A stretch of DNA of 64,000 nt from an uncultured Gemmatimonadaceae bacterium (lineage in GTDB: Bacteria; Gemmatimonadota; Gemmatimonadetes; Gemmatimonadales; GWC2-71-9): contig CAZNLY010000003.1 of NCBI GenBank assembly GCA_964574295.1, positions 56,881 to 120,880 on the forward strand. Direction: 5' to 3'. This document shows, in pieces, positions 53,217 to 63,292 of this stretch. The notes beneath the pieces are model-generated. The model did not search any database and was not told where the DNA came from. It worked only from the letters and a program-made list of their open reading frames with translations. Numbering within the stretch: the first letter of the stretch is position 1; each line of letters begins with the position of its first letter. Made by a program: the position numbers and the translations under genes.

Positions 53217-53248
53217 GGGGCAACGAACCCCGAACCCCCGGACCTCCC

Positions 53249-54439
53249 GTGAGCGACGCCACCACCCCCGTCATCCTCTCCGCCGTCCGCACCCCCATTG
53301 GCCGCTATCTCGGCGGCCTGTCGTCCTTTACGGCCCCGCAGCTCGGGGCCGTCGTCATTCGTGAGGCGCTGCGCCGCGCCCGCGTTGAGGGGGGCGCGGT
53401 GGACGAGGTGGTGATGGGGCACGTGCTCCAGGGGGGCGCCGGCCAGGCCAGCGGACGGCAGGCGATGATCCACGCCGGCGTGCCCGGCACGGTGCCGGCC
53501 CTCACCATCAACAAGGTGTGCGGATCGGGCCTCAAGGCGGTGATGCTCGCCGCCCAGGCCATCAAGGCGGGGGACGCCCAGTGTGTCGTGGCCGGCGGGC
53601 AGGAAGCGATGTCCGCCTCGCCGCACTACGTGTACGGCATGCGCGGGGGGATCAAGGCCGGCAACCAGACGATGGTGGACGGCATGATCCACGACGGCCT
53701 CTGGGACAGCTTCGGCAACAACCACATGGGCGACTACGCGGAGTACACGGCGAAGAAGGCCGGCGTCTCGCGCGAGGACCAGGACCAGTTTGCCCTCGAG
53801 AGCCACCAGAAGGCGGTGGCGGCCATCGAGGCTGGGGCGTTCAAGGCGGAGATCGTGCCGGTCGAGGTGGCCTCGAGGAAGGGCCCGCCGGCCGTCTTCG
53901 ACACCGACGAATGCCCGCGCAAGGACACGACCCGCGAGTCGCTGGCCAGGCTCAAGCCGGTCTTCCAGAAGGACGGCAGCGTCACCGCCGGCAACGCCCC
54001 CGGGCTCAACGATGGGGCGAGCGCGCTGGTGGTGGCCTCGCTGGCCTTCGCCAAGGCGCACGGGCTGGCGCCGTTGGCGCGGGTCACGGCGTACGCCACC
54101 GGCGGCGGCGAGCCCAGGGACCTCTTCTTCGCGCCGATCGTCGCCGTGCAGAACCTCATGAAGAAGGCCGGCACCTCGATCGGCCAGTACGACCTCATCG
54201 AGGCCAACGAGGCGTTTGCCGTCCAGGCCCTGGCCGACGGCCGCGCCCTCGGCTGGGACTGGGCCCGGGTCAACGTGCGCGGCGGCGCCGTGGCCCTCGG
54301 GCACCCCATCGGCGCCTCGGGCGCCCGCGTGCTCACCACCCTGCTCCACGCCATGAAGGACCGTGGCGCCCGGACGGGACTCGCAACCCTCTGCCTCGGC
54401 GGCGGCAACGCCGTGGCGCTCAGCGTGGAGGCCCTGTGA
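53249..54439 (+). CDS. Acetyl-CoA C-acetyltransferase (thiolase II)
   Basis: 'VILSAVRTPIGRY.G.LS...A..LGA.VI.EAL.RA......VDEV.MG.VLQ.G.GQ...RQA...AG.P..VPA.TINKVCGSGLKAV' has the active-site Cys. The C-terminal 'NV.GGA.ALGHPIGASGAR...TL.H.M........GLATLC.GGG....L' is also present. Confidence 0.9.
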   Translation: MSDATTPVILSAVRTPIGRYLGGLSSFTAPQLGAVVIREALRRARVEGGAVDEVVMGHVLQGGAGQASGRQAMIHAGVPGTVPALTINKVCGSGLKAVMLAAQAIKAGDAQCVVAGGQEAMSASPHYVYGMRGGIKAGNQTMVDGMIHDGLWDSFGNNHMGDYAEYTAKKAGVSREDQDQFALESHQKAVAAIEAGAFKAEIVPVEVASRKGPPAVFDTDECPRKDTTRESLARLKPVFQKDGSVTAGNAPGLNDGASALVVASLAFAKAHGLAPLARVTAYATGGGEPRDLFFAPIVAVQNLMKKAGTSIGQYDLIEANEAFAVQALADGRALGWDWARVNVRGGAVALGHPIGASGARVLTTLLHAMKDRGARTGLATLCLGGGNAVALSVEAL

Positions 54440-55005
54440 CGAGCAAGACCGACGCCCCGATCCTCGCGACACTTCCCGCCGTGTCCACCGGACGGCGCCT
54501 GATCACCGTGGCACTCGGCGCGCTCCTCGTGGCGCTGGCCGCGCAGGTCCGCGTCCCGCTCCCCTTCACTCCGGTGCCGGCGACGCTGCAGGATCTCGCG
54601 GTCCTGGTGGTGGGCGGGGTGTTCGGTGCCGCGGCCGGCCTCGCCGCGCTGGTCACCTACCTGGCGCTCGGGCTCGCGGGGTTCCCGGTCTTCTCCGGCG
54701 GGGCGTCGGGACTCGCGTGGCTGATGGGGCCCACCGGCGGATACCTGCTCGCCTTTCCGGTTGCCGCCTTCGTGGCCGGGCGCGTTGCGGCGCAGGGCGG
54801 GCTCCCGCGCGCGCTGGCCGGTGCCTTCCTCGGGATGGTGATCATCCACCTGGGCGGCGTGGCGCAGCTCGCGGTGCTCACCGGCAGCGCCGCCTCGGCG
54901 GTCCAGCTCGGGACGGTGCCGTTCCTGGCGGCGGGACTCGTCAAGGTGGTCCTGGCGGGGGCGCTCATCGCCGGCCTCGCGCCGCGGGTCGCCCGCTGGC
55001 GCTGA
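54436..55005 (+). CDS. bioY: Biotin transporter BioY
   Basis: '[27 protein letters not shown]...[32 protein letters not shown]' is the BioY signature. The GTG overlaps the thiolase stop (GTGA). 189 aa. Confidence 0.85.
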   Translation: MTSKTDAPILATLPAVSTGRRLITVALGALLVALAAQVRVPLPFTPVPATLQDLAVLVVGGVFGAAAGLAALVTYLALGLAGFPVFSGGASGLAWLMGPTGGYLLAFPVAAFVAGRVAAQGGLPRALAGAFLGMVIIHLGGVAQLAVLTGSAASAVQLGTVPFLAAGLVKVVLAGALIAGLAPRVARWR

Positions 55006-55888
55006 ACCTCCGGGAGGTCGGTCCGGGGTGGGGCGGGGCACTCAAGGCCACGCTCTGGTCGGTTCTCTTTGCGGTTGTAGGGCTGGCTCTCGGCATCCCG
55101 GTCACCATCGGGGTGGGGGTGTTGCTCGGGGCCGGCGCCGACAGCAACTGGTACACCACGCCCGGGCTCGCCCAGGCGATGGCGCAGGGCGTCGGGCTGA
55201 CCCTCGGGTTCGGGGTGGCCACCTTCCTCATCGGGCGGTTGGCGCTGCGGAAGAGCTGGGCCGAGCTCCGCTGGCGGGGCACCGGGGCGCCGGTGTCCGG
55301 GTTCGGTCGGGGCCTGCTGCTCGGTGCCGTGGCGGCCGCGGTGGCGCTGGTGCTCGGGCTCCTGGTGGCGGGCGCCGACTGGTCCGCCGAGGGCGGCCGG
55401 TGGGGCGAGTGGGGAGCGGCCGTGGGCGGCACCGCCGCGGCGCTGGCCCTCCCCGCCTTGAGCGAGGAGCTGATGTTTCGCGGCCTCCCGCTGGTGCTGT
55501 TCGCGAGGGTGCTGGGGCGGTGGCCGGCGGTGGTGGTCACCTCGCTGCTCTTCGGCCTCTCGCACTGGGCCAATCCGGGGGTGACGGCGCTCGGCATCGC
55601 CAACATCTCGCTGGCGGGCATCCTCCTCGGCGTGGCGTTCTTCGCGCCGGGCGGGCTCTGGACGGCGTGGGGCGTGCACCTCGGGTGGAACCTGGCGCTG
55701 GCGGCCCTCGGCGCCCCCGTGAGTGGGTTGCCGCTCGGCATCCCGAGCATCGCATACCTTCCCGGCGAGCCGGCCTGGCTCACCGGGGGCGGGTTCGGTC
55801 CCGAAGGGGGCCTTCTGGCCACGGCGGCGATGGCCGCGGCCGTCGCGGTGGCCGCCCGGTGGCGGCGCAATGTGGGGGAGGGAACGAC

Positions 55889-55892
<4 letters not shown>
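55002..55892 (+). CDS. CPBP family intramembrane glutamic endopeptidase (CAAX-protease-like). The start is uncertain: CTG at 55002 or GTG at 55113.
   Basis: '[12 protein letters not shown]' (EExxxR), 'SLLFGLSHW' (FxxxH) and 'GVHLGWNLA' (HxxxN). The first in-frame canonical start (GTG at 55113) would delete the first TM helix. CTG 55002-04 overlaps the bioY TGA 55003-05 (CTGA). Confidence 0.7.
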
Positions 55893-56737
<845 letters not shown>

Positions 56738-56765
56738 TCCCGTCCACCCTCGCGTGAGTGCATCC

Positions 56766-57827
56766 ATGGACCTCTTCAAGGACATCGCCAGCCACGAGCA
56801 CGAGCAGGTGGTCTTCTGCCACGAGCCGGCGTGCGGCTACTTCGGCATCATCGCCATCCACGACACCACCCTCGGCCCGGCGCTGGGCGGCACCCGCTTC
56901 TGGAAGTACGACTCCACCGACGCCGCGATCACCGACGCGCTGCGGCTGGCCAAGGGGATGACCTACAAGGCCGCCGTGGCGGGGTTGAGCCTGGGCGGGG
57001 GCAAGTCAGTGATCATCGGCGACAACAAGCGGACCGACCGGGAGGCGCTCTTCCGGGCGCACGGCCGCTTCGTCGAGTCGCTGGGGGGGCGGTACATCAC
57101 CGCCGAGGACGTGGGGACCAGCCCGGCGGACATGGAGTTCGTGCACTACGAGACGAACCATGTGGCGGGCCTGACGGGGCTCTCCGGGGACCCGTCGCCC
57201 GTCACGGCGCACGGCGTCTACGTGGGCATCAAGGCCAGCGCCAAGGCGCAGTGGGGCAGCGACGTGCTGACCGGCAAGACGGTGCTCGTGCAGGGCTGCG
57301 GGCACGTGGGGCAGTACCTCTGCAGCTACCTGAAGGCCGAGGGCGTCAAGCTCATCGTGACCGACGTGGACCAAGCCAAGGTCAAGAAGGTGGTGGACGC
57401 CACCGGGGCCACCGCCGTCGCGCCGGACGCCATCTACGACCAGGCGGCGGACGTCTTCGCCCCCTGTGCGCTGGGCGCGATCGTCAACGACGACACCCTG
57501 AAGCGGCTCAAGGTGACGATCGTGGCGGGCGGGGCCAACAACCAGCTGGCCGAGCCGCGGCATGGCGACGTCTTGGCGGCGAAGGGCGTGCTCTACGCGC
57601 CCGACTACGTGATCAACGGGGGCGGGCTCATCAACGTGTACGGCGAGATCCACGGCTGGAGCGCGGAGCGCTCGAAGAAGAAGGCCGGCGAGATCTACGA
57701 CACCCTGCTCAAGGTGTACGACATCGCCGCGCGCGAGAAGATTCCCTCGTACGTCGCGGCCGACCGATTGGCCGAGGGCCGGCTCCGCCAGGTGGGCGGG
57801 ATGCGCCCGATGTGGCTCCCGGGGTGA
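56766..57827 (+). CDS. ldh: Leucine dehydrogenase (Glu/Leu/Phe/Val dehydrogenase family)
   Basis: '[23 protein letters not shown]...[20 protein letters not shown].....[27 protein letters not shown]' aligns from residue 1 with the Bacillus LeuDH sequence as I recall it. The track start at 56721 adds 15 codons. Confidence 0.9.
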   Translation: MDLFKDIASHEHEQVVFCHEPACGYFGIIAIHDTTLGPALGGTRFWKYDSTDAAITDALRLAKGMTYKAAVAGLSLGGGKSVIIGDNKRTDREALFRAHGRFVESLGGRYITAEDVGTSPADMEFVHYETNHVAGLTGLSGDPSPVTAHGVYVGIKASAKAQWGSDVLTGKTVLVQGCGHVGQYLCSYLKAEGVKLIVTDVDQAKVKKVVDATGATAVAPDAIYDQAADVFAPCALGAIVNDDTLKRLKVTIVAGGANNQLAEPRHGDVLAAKGVLYAPDYVINGGGLINVYGEIHGWSAERSKKKAGEIYDTLLKVYDIAAREKIPSYVAADRLAEGRLRQVGGMRPMWLPG

Positions 57828-58276
57828 CCGTGGCCGAGACCATTCCCATCGCCTCCGACCACGCCGGAGTCGAGCTCAAGGAGCGGCTCAAGCGCGAGCT
57901 CGTGGCGCTCGGGTACCAGCCGCTCGACCTCGGCACCGACTCCACGGCGTCGGTGGACTATCCCGACTTCGCGCATCCCCTGGCGGCCAAGGTGGAGCAC
58001 GGCGAGGCCCGGCGCGGGGTGCTCCTGTGCGGCACGGGCTTGGGCATGTCCTACGCGGCCAACCGGCACCACGGCGTGCGCGCCGCGGTGGCCTGGAGCC
58101 CAGAGATCGCCGAGCTCTCCCGCGAGCACAACGACGCCAACGTGCTCGTCCTGCCCGCGCGGTACGTGAGCGAGGAGCAGGGGGTGGCCATCCTGCGCAA
58201 GTGGCTGGACACGCCGTTTGCCGGGGGACGGCACAGCCGGCGCGTGGAGAAGATCGAGGACGGGGAGGAGACGTGA
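57824..58276 (+). CDS. rpiB: Ribose-5-phosphate isomerase B
   Basis: '[17 protein letters not shown]...GY...[13 protein letters not shown]......V.......[19 protein letters not shown].....[16 protein letters not shown]'. The GTG overlaps the ldh stop (GTGA). Confidence 0.9.
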   Translation: MTVAETIPIASDHAGVELKERLKRELVALGYQPLDLGTDSTASVDYPDFAHPLAAKVEHGEARRGVLLCGTGLGMSYAANRHHGVRAAVAWSPEIAELSREHNDANVLVLPARYVSEEQGVAILRKWLDTPFAGGRHSRRVEKIEDGEET

Positions 58277-59532
58277 CCGGACACCACACCGCCACGCTGC
58301 GCGAGGCCGATCCGGCCGTGGCGGCGATCGTCGACCGCGAGCTGCGGCGCCAGCGCGACGGGCTCGAGCTGATCGCGAGCGAGAACTTCGCGAGCCGGGC
58401 CGTGATCGACGCCATGGGCACGCCGCTCACCAACAAGTACGCGGAGGGGTACCCGGGCAAGCGGTACTACGGCGGCTGCGAGGTGGTGGACGAGGTGGAG
58501 CGGCTCGCCATCGAGCGGGCCAAGCGCATCTTCGGGGCGGCGCACGCCAACGTCCAGCCGCACAGCGGCGCCCAGGCCAACCTCGCCGCGTACCTGGCGC
58601 TGATCGCCCCGGGTGACCTCCTGATGGGCATGTCGCTTCCGCACGGCGGCCACCTGACCCACGGCGCGTCGGTCAACCACAGCGGCATCATCTTCAGGGC
58701 CACGCAGTACGGGGTGGACCCGGCCACCGGGCGCATCGACTACGACGCGGTCCGGGATCAGGCCCGCCGCGAGCGCCCGAAGCTGCTGATCGCCGGGGGC
58801 AGCGCCTACGCGAGGATCATCGACTTCGCCGCCTTCCGGAGCATTGCCGACGAGGTCGGGGCGTTCCTGCTGGTGGACATGTCCCACTTCTCGGGGCTGG
58901 TGGCCGGCGGGGTGTACCCGTCGCCGGTGCCGCACGCCCACGTCACCACCACCACGACGCACAAGACGCTGCGGGGGCCGCGAGGCGGCATGATCCTCTG
59001 CGGCGAGGCGTTCGCGAAACAGGTGGACAAGGCCGTCTTTCCGGGACACCAGGGCGGGCCGCTCATGCACGTCATCGCCGCCAAGGCGGTGGCCTTCGGC
59101 GAGGTGCTGGAGCCAGGGTTCAGGACCTACGCTCGGCAGGTGGTGGCCAACGCGCATGCCCTGGCCGAGGGGCTGCTCGAGCGCGGATTCGCCATCGTCT
59201 CGGGGGGCACCGACTCGCACTTGATGCTCGTGGACCTCCGTCCGAAGGGCCTCACCGGCAAGGTGGCGGAGCAGCTGCTGGACCGGGCCGGCATCACCGT
59301 CAACAAGAACACGATCCCCGACGATCCCCAGTCGCCGTTCGTCACGAGCGGCATCCGGCTCGGGACGCCGGCGCTCACGACCCGCGGAATGGGAGTCAAG
59401 GAGATGCGGCGGGTGGCGGTGTTGATCGACCGGGTCCTGGTCGGGCAGGACGACCGGACCGTCGAGACGGTCCGACGCGAGGTCGAGACGCTGGCCCGCG
59501 CCTTTCCGCTGTACGAGGCCGCCCGGTCGTGA
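58273..59532 (+). CDS. glyA: Serine hydroxymethyltransferase
   Basis: '[58 protein letters not shown]' and '[14 protein letters not shown]' (the PLP lysine). The GTG overlaps the rpiB stop (GTGA). Confidence 0.95.
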   Translation: MTGHHTATLREADPAVAAIVDRELRRQRDGLELIASENFASRAVIDAMGTPLTNKYAEGYPGKRYYGGCEVVDEVERLAIERAKRIFGAAHANVQPHSGAQANLAAYLALIAPGDLLMGMSLPHGGHLTHGASVNHSGIIFRATQYGVDPATGRIDYDAVRDQARRERPKLLIAGGSAYARIIDFAAFRSIADEVGAFLLVDMSHFSGLVAGGVYPSPVPHAHVTTTTTHKTLRGPRGGMILCGEAFAKQVDKAVFPGHQGGPLMHVIAAKAVAFGEVLEPGFRTYARQVVANAHALAEGLLERGFAIVSGGTDSHLMLVDLRPKGLTGKVAEQLLDRAGITVNKNTIPDDPQSPFVTSGIRLGTPALTTRGMGVKEMRRVAVLIDRVLVGQDDRTVETVRREVETLARAFPLYEAARS

Positions 59533-59927
59533 ACGACCTGGCGTTCGTCTCGAGCGTGCTGACGCGCATCCGCGCGCGGCACGGCGGGTACGACGAGCGG
59601 GCCTACCTCTTCGTGCTGGGCGCCATCGAGTACGTCCAGGCACGCCTGCCGGCGCGCCGGCACCTGGCCGGCTCCGAGGTGGCGTGGGCGTGCCGGGACC
59701 TCGCCTGGGAGCAGTTCGGGCTGCTGGCGCCGGCGGTCTTGGCGCACTGGGGCATCACCTCCACCCGGTCCGTCGGCCAGATCGTCTTTGCGCTCGTGGA
59801 TGGAGGCCTCCTCGTGGCCCAGCCGGGCGACTCGGAGGAGGACTTCGTGGACGTGTTCGAGTTCGGCCAGGCCTTCCGCGATGGATATGCCTGGGGCAAG
59901 GGAACGCTGCACCTGCTGGAGACCTAG
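59529..59927 (+). CDS. Minf_1886-like family protein (uncharacterised)
   Basis: '[17 protein letters not shown]......RHL.G.E....[23 protein letters not shown].....[12 protein letters not shown].....DSEEDF..VFEF..AF' matches my recollection of this family's pattern. The GTG overlaps the glyA stop (GTGA). Confidence 0.5.
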   Translation: MNDLAFVSSVLTRIRARHGGYDERAYLFVLGAIEYVQARLPARRHLAGSEVAWACRDLAWEQFGLLAPAVLAHWGITSTRSVGQIVFALVDGGLLVAQPGDSEEDFVDVFEFGQAFRDGYAWGKGTLHLLET

Positions 59928-59941
59928 CACGGGAGGGGACC

Positions 59942-60136
59942 ATGGACGGGATGGATTGGCCGGCGTGCCAGAAGTGCAACACCGGGAAGCTGATTCCGCT
60001 GTCCGACTACGGCCGCGAGGGGGCGCCGATCACGTACAAGGCGTGGGTCTGCACCAATCCGGAGTGCGGCTTCAACCTGCGGATCGACAACGGCGAGATC
60101 TCCTTCGGCAGGGTCATCGGACAATCCTACAAGTAG
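59942..60136 (+). CDS. Small zinc-ribbon protein (64 aa), hypothetical
   Basis: The ATG at 59942 has GGGAGGGG upstream. Two Cys pairs are present, 'CQKC' and 'CTNPEC'. This is the 3' part of track ORF 59684..60136. Confidence 0.5.
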   Translation: MDGMDWPACQKCNTGKLIPLSDYGREGAPITYKAWVCTNPECGFNLRIDNGEISFGRVIGQSYK

Positions 60137-60164
60137 GGGTGAGGAGGGAGGACGGACTGGCGCC

Positions 60165-61712
60165 ATGCGCATCCCGGTCCTGACCCCCGCCCAGGCGGCC
60201 GAGTGGGACCGGCGCGCCGCCAGCGCCGGCATCCGTGTCGAGACGCTGATGGACGCCGCCGGGCGCGCCAGCGCCGCGGTGCTGGCGGCGCGCCACGGGC
60301 CGGCGCTTCGGGGCGGCGTGCTGGTGGCCGCCGGCCCCGGAAACAACGGCGGCGACGGCTGGGCCCTCGCGCGCGCCCTGCATCACCTTGCCGTGCCGGT
60401 CTGGGTGACCCAACTCGCCGGCAGGCCCTCTCCCCCGAACCAGCAGGCTCGTGTCCTCGCCCTCGCCGACGGCGTGCGGGAAGTCGAGCCCGAGGGACCG
60501 TGGCCTTCCGTGACGCTGGCGGTGGACGCCATTCTCGGCACCGGGGCCACCGGCGCTCCGCGCCCCGCCGCCGCGGCCCTCCTCGAGCGGTTGCGCGACC
60601 TTCGCGTCCCCGTGGTGGCGCTCGACGGCCCCACTGGGGTGGATCTCCTGACCGGCGCCGTCTGGGGCACCGCGGGTGCAACCCTCTCGATCACCTTCGG
60701 CGCCCCTCGTCGCGGGCACCTGATCGCTCGCGACGAGGTGGGCGACATCGCGGTGGTGGACATCGGGCTGCCCCCGCCGGACCCTTCCTGGCCGGTGCTG
60801 GTCACCGACGCTGCGACGGCGTCCTGGCTGGCGCCGTTTCCGGCCCGCGCGCACAAGGGCACCCGCGGCCGGGTGGTGGCCGTGGGGGGCGACGCCGGCA
60901 TGAGCGGCGCACTCCGCCTCGCGGGGCGCGCCGCCTTCGCGGTGGGGGCGGGGCTGGTATTCGCGGTCGCCCCCGAGGCCACCGCCGCCGCGCTCGTGGC
61001 GGCGGAGCCCGACCTGCAGGTGCGGACCCACCCGCTCGCGGGCGCACTGTCGGCCGAGCTACGTGACCTGCTGGCGCAGGCCGATGCCGTGGTGCTGGGC
61101 CCGGGACTCGGCCGCGGAACCGATCGGCGCGAGTTCGTGCGGTCCGTCTTGGCCGCGGCCCCGCGAGCGGTGCTCGACGCCGACGGCCTCGTCGCCTTTC
61201 AGGGGGCGGTGCCGGAGCTTCGTGGCCTTGCCGCCGGGCGCCCGCTCCTCCTCACCCCGCATCCCGGTGAATTCCGCGGGCTCTTCCCGCACCTGGCCGC
61301 CTCGCTCGACACCGACCCGTGGGGGGCCGCCGAGGCCGCGGCCGCGGAGTGCGGCGCCACGGTGCTCCTCAAGGGAGTGCCGAGCGTGGTGGCGTACAGG
61401 GGCGGCGGGAGTCTCACGGTCGCGGCGGGTGGGCCGGGCCTCGCCACCGGCGGGAGCGGCGACATCCTCTCGGGGCTGGCGGGCGGCGCCCTGGCCGCAG
61501 GCCTCCCGCCCGAGCGTGCTGCGGCGCTCGCCGCCCAGGCCCTCGGGAGGGCGGGAGACCTCGCCGCCCGCCGCGTGACCGCGCGCGCAATGCGCCCGAT
61601 GGACGTGCTGGCCGCGCTGCCCGACCTCTGGCGCGCGTGGTCCATCCTGCGGGACGCCCCGCCGCGCGCGGTGCCGCCATTCCTCGCCGACCTGCCCCGT
61701 CCCCTCGCGTGA
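60165..61712 (+). CDS. nnr: Bifunctional NAD(P)H-hydrate repair enzyme (epimerase / ADP-dependent dehydratase)
   Basis: 'LMDAAGRA.A........VLV.AGPGNNGGDG.ALAR.L' is the YjeF-N domain. 'AHKGTRGRV..VGG..GM.GA..LAG.AA...GAGLV' and 'LLTPHPGEF' and 'VLLKG......' and 'G.A.LATGGSGD.LSG' belong to the carbohydrate-kinase domain. Confidence 0.85.
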   Translation: MRIPVLTPAQAAEWDRRAASAGIRVETLMDAAGRASAAVLAARHGPALRGGVLVAAGPGNNGGDGWALARALHHLAVPVWVTQLAGRPSPPNQQARVLALADGVREVEPEGPWPSVTLAVDAILGTGATGAPRPAAAALLERLRDLRVPVVALDGPTGVDLLTGAVWGTAGATLSITFGAPRRGHLIARDEVGDIAVVDIGLPPPDPSWPVLVTDAATASWLAPFPARAHKGTRGRVVAVGGDAGMSGALRLAGRAAFAVGAGLVFAVAPEATAAALVAAEPDLQVRTHPLAGALSAELRDLLAQADAVVLGPGLGRGTDRREFVRSVLAAAPRAVLDADGLVAFQGAVPELRGLAAGRPLLLTPHPGEFRGLFPHLAASLDTDPWGAAEAAAAECGATVLLKGVPSVVAYRGGGSLTVAAGGPGLATGGSGDILSGLAGGALAAGLPPERAAALAAQALGRAGDLAARRVTARAMRPMDVLAALPDLWRAWSILRDAPPRAVPPFLADLPRPLA

Positions 61713-63292
61713 TCCGGCTGGTCGTGGTCGCCACCCTGCTCCTGACCGCCGCCGCTGTGCCCGCCGCGGCGCAGGCGTCGCGCACCTGGAGTCTCGACGA
61801 CCGGATGGTCATCGGCGACTGGACCCGAATCAGCGCGGTGGCGGCCGGCCCCGACCGGGTGTACTTCGCGTCGCCGAACGGCGTGCTGGTCTACCGGCCG
61901 ATCGAGCGCCGGTGGGAGGGGGTCTACGACGCGCCCGCTCCGAATGCACTCGACTACGTCGTGTCCGGCATGCTCGACCCGCTCGACTATTCCCTCTGGC
62001 TCCGCCTGGCCGCGGGGTGGGCGCATTTCCAGCCCGACCTCCAGCTCTGGGAGATGGGGCAGGTGGCGGGGCGGCTGCTCGACTTCGCCTTTGACGAGAC
62101 GGCCCCGACGGCGGGGCTCTTTCTCCGGACCGCGACCGGATGGCAGCGCCTCCCCCCGGGTGCCCTCGTCCCCATCCCCTCGCAGCAGGGGCCGGCCAGG
62201 CCCAGCCGACCCGCCACGGTGGAGCAGGCAGCCGCCGCCAACCCCATCCTGCGCACTTCGGCCGGGGCGTTCCTCCTCGATCCCGCGATGCGCGCCGCGC
62301 GGTATACCTCCGCCGCTCCCTCCTTCGACAGGCGCGGCTGGTTCCTCGGCACCGACGGTGTCGGCGCGCTCTTTCTCGAGGACGGCTCGCTCTCACCGCT
62401 CCGTCTGTCGTTCGGGATCGCGGGGCCGGTGGTCGGGGCGGTGCATGCCGTGCCCGGTGGCGTCTGGGTGGTGAGCAATGCCGTGGGGAACCAGCGTGCG
62501 GGGCTGAGCTTCGTGGCCGGCGACCTTTCCACCTCCTCCCTCGGGTACGGCCCCCCGGCCACCGGCTACGCGTTCCTCACCGCCCGGCGCCTGATTGGCG
62601 TGGGCGACGCCCTCTGGGCCGCCACCGATGCCGGGGTTCTCCGGTTTCCAGTCACCGATCCGCTGTCGTTCACCCGATTCGACGAGACGAGCGGACTGCC
62701 CGACCGCCGCGTGACCTCCCTCTCCTCCCGACGCGGGGTGGTGGTCGCGGCGACGAGGCGTGGCCTGGCGCGGTTCGTGGACAGTGCCACCGTCGAACCC
62801 CTCGCGCCGCGGTACGTCTACGAGGCGCTGGCCGTCCTGGCGGGCCCGGACACCGCGTGGGTCGGCACCGAGAACGGACCGCGCGCCGCGGTCGCCGACC
62901 GGCCGGAACTCTTTCGTCCGCTCGGCGTGGAGGCGAGCGCGGCCCTCGCCCGGCCTGTCGTGGACCTGGCCTGGCTCGGCGACACGCTTACCGGCCTCAC
63001 GCGCGACCAGTTCCTCTGGCGGCTGCCGGGGAGTGACGAGTGGCAGATCGGGGCGCCGATGTCGTCAATCCTCGGCCCGCTCCGGCGCCTCGTGGCCGAC
63101 GGCGACGGATTCTGGGTGGCGGGCGACGCCGGCGTCGGCTGGAGCCGGCTCGATGGCGCCCCGATCCGTCCCCTCCTCGTCGGTGGCGACCTCCCGGCGA
63201 TGCCGCTCGACCTGGCGGTGGACGGCACCTTCCTCTGGGTCGGCACCGCCAACGGGCTGGTGCGGTTCCGGCTGTCCGAGGTGCGGCCATGA
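61709..63292 (+). CDS. Secreted beta-propeller protein (two-component-regulator-propeller-like repeats)
   Basis: The GTG at 61709 makes a GTGA overlap. Signal peptide 'VIRLVVVATLLLTAAAVPAAAQA'. Repeats include '...LWAATDAGVLRF', 'SGLPDRRVTSLSSRRGVVVAATRRGLARF', 'AWVGTENG', 'FWVAGDAGVGW' and 'LWVGTANGLVRF'. Confidence 0.55.
   Translation: MIRLVVVATLLLTAAAVPAAAQASRTWSLDDRMVIGDWTRISAVAAGPDRVYFASPNGVLVYRPIERRWEGVYDAPAPNALDYVVSGMLDPLDYSLWLRLAAGWAHFQPDLQLWEMGQVAGRLLDFAFDETAPTAGLFLRTATGWQRLPPGALVPIPSQQGPARPSRPATVEQAAAANPILRTSAGAFLLDPAMRAARYTSAAPSFDRRGWFLGTDGVGALFLEDGSLSPLRLSFGIAGPVVGAVHAVPGGVWVVSNAVGNQRAGLSFVAGDLSTSSLGYGPPATGYAFLTARRLIGVGDALWAATDAGVLRFPVTDPLSFTRFDETSGLPDRRVTSLSSRRGVVVAATRRGLARFVDSATVEPLAPRYVYEALAVLAGPDTAWVGTENGPRAAVADRPELFRPLGVEASAALARPVVDLAWLGDTLTGLTRDQFLWRLPGSDEWQIGAPMSSILGPLRRLVADGDGFWVAGDAGVGWSRLDGAPIRPLLVGGDLPAMPLDLAVDGTFLWVGTANGLVRFRLSEVRP

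Noticed and set aside
51205-53298. A 697-aa minus-strand ORF covering thrS. Similar long antisense or off-frame ORFs include 5719..7365(-), 27076..29136(-), 40131..42263(-), 40595..42652(+), 1762..3777(+), 13823..15820(+) and 58051..59643(-).
   Set aside because: Each lies opposite or out of frame to a gene with unmistakable family motifs (ThrRS, BI-1, TPR, DUF2723, DAK2-DegV, Prs/L25, SHMT). Each has a low-complexity R/G/P/H/D-rich translation, so these are high-GC artefacts.
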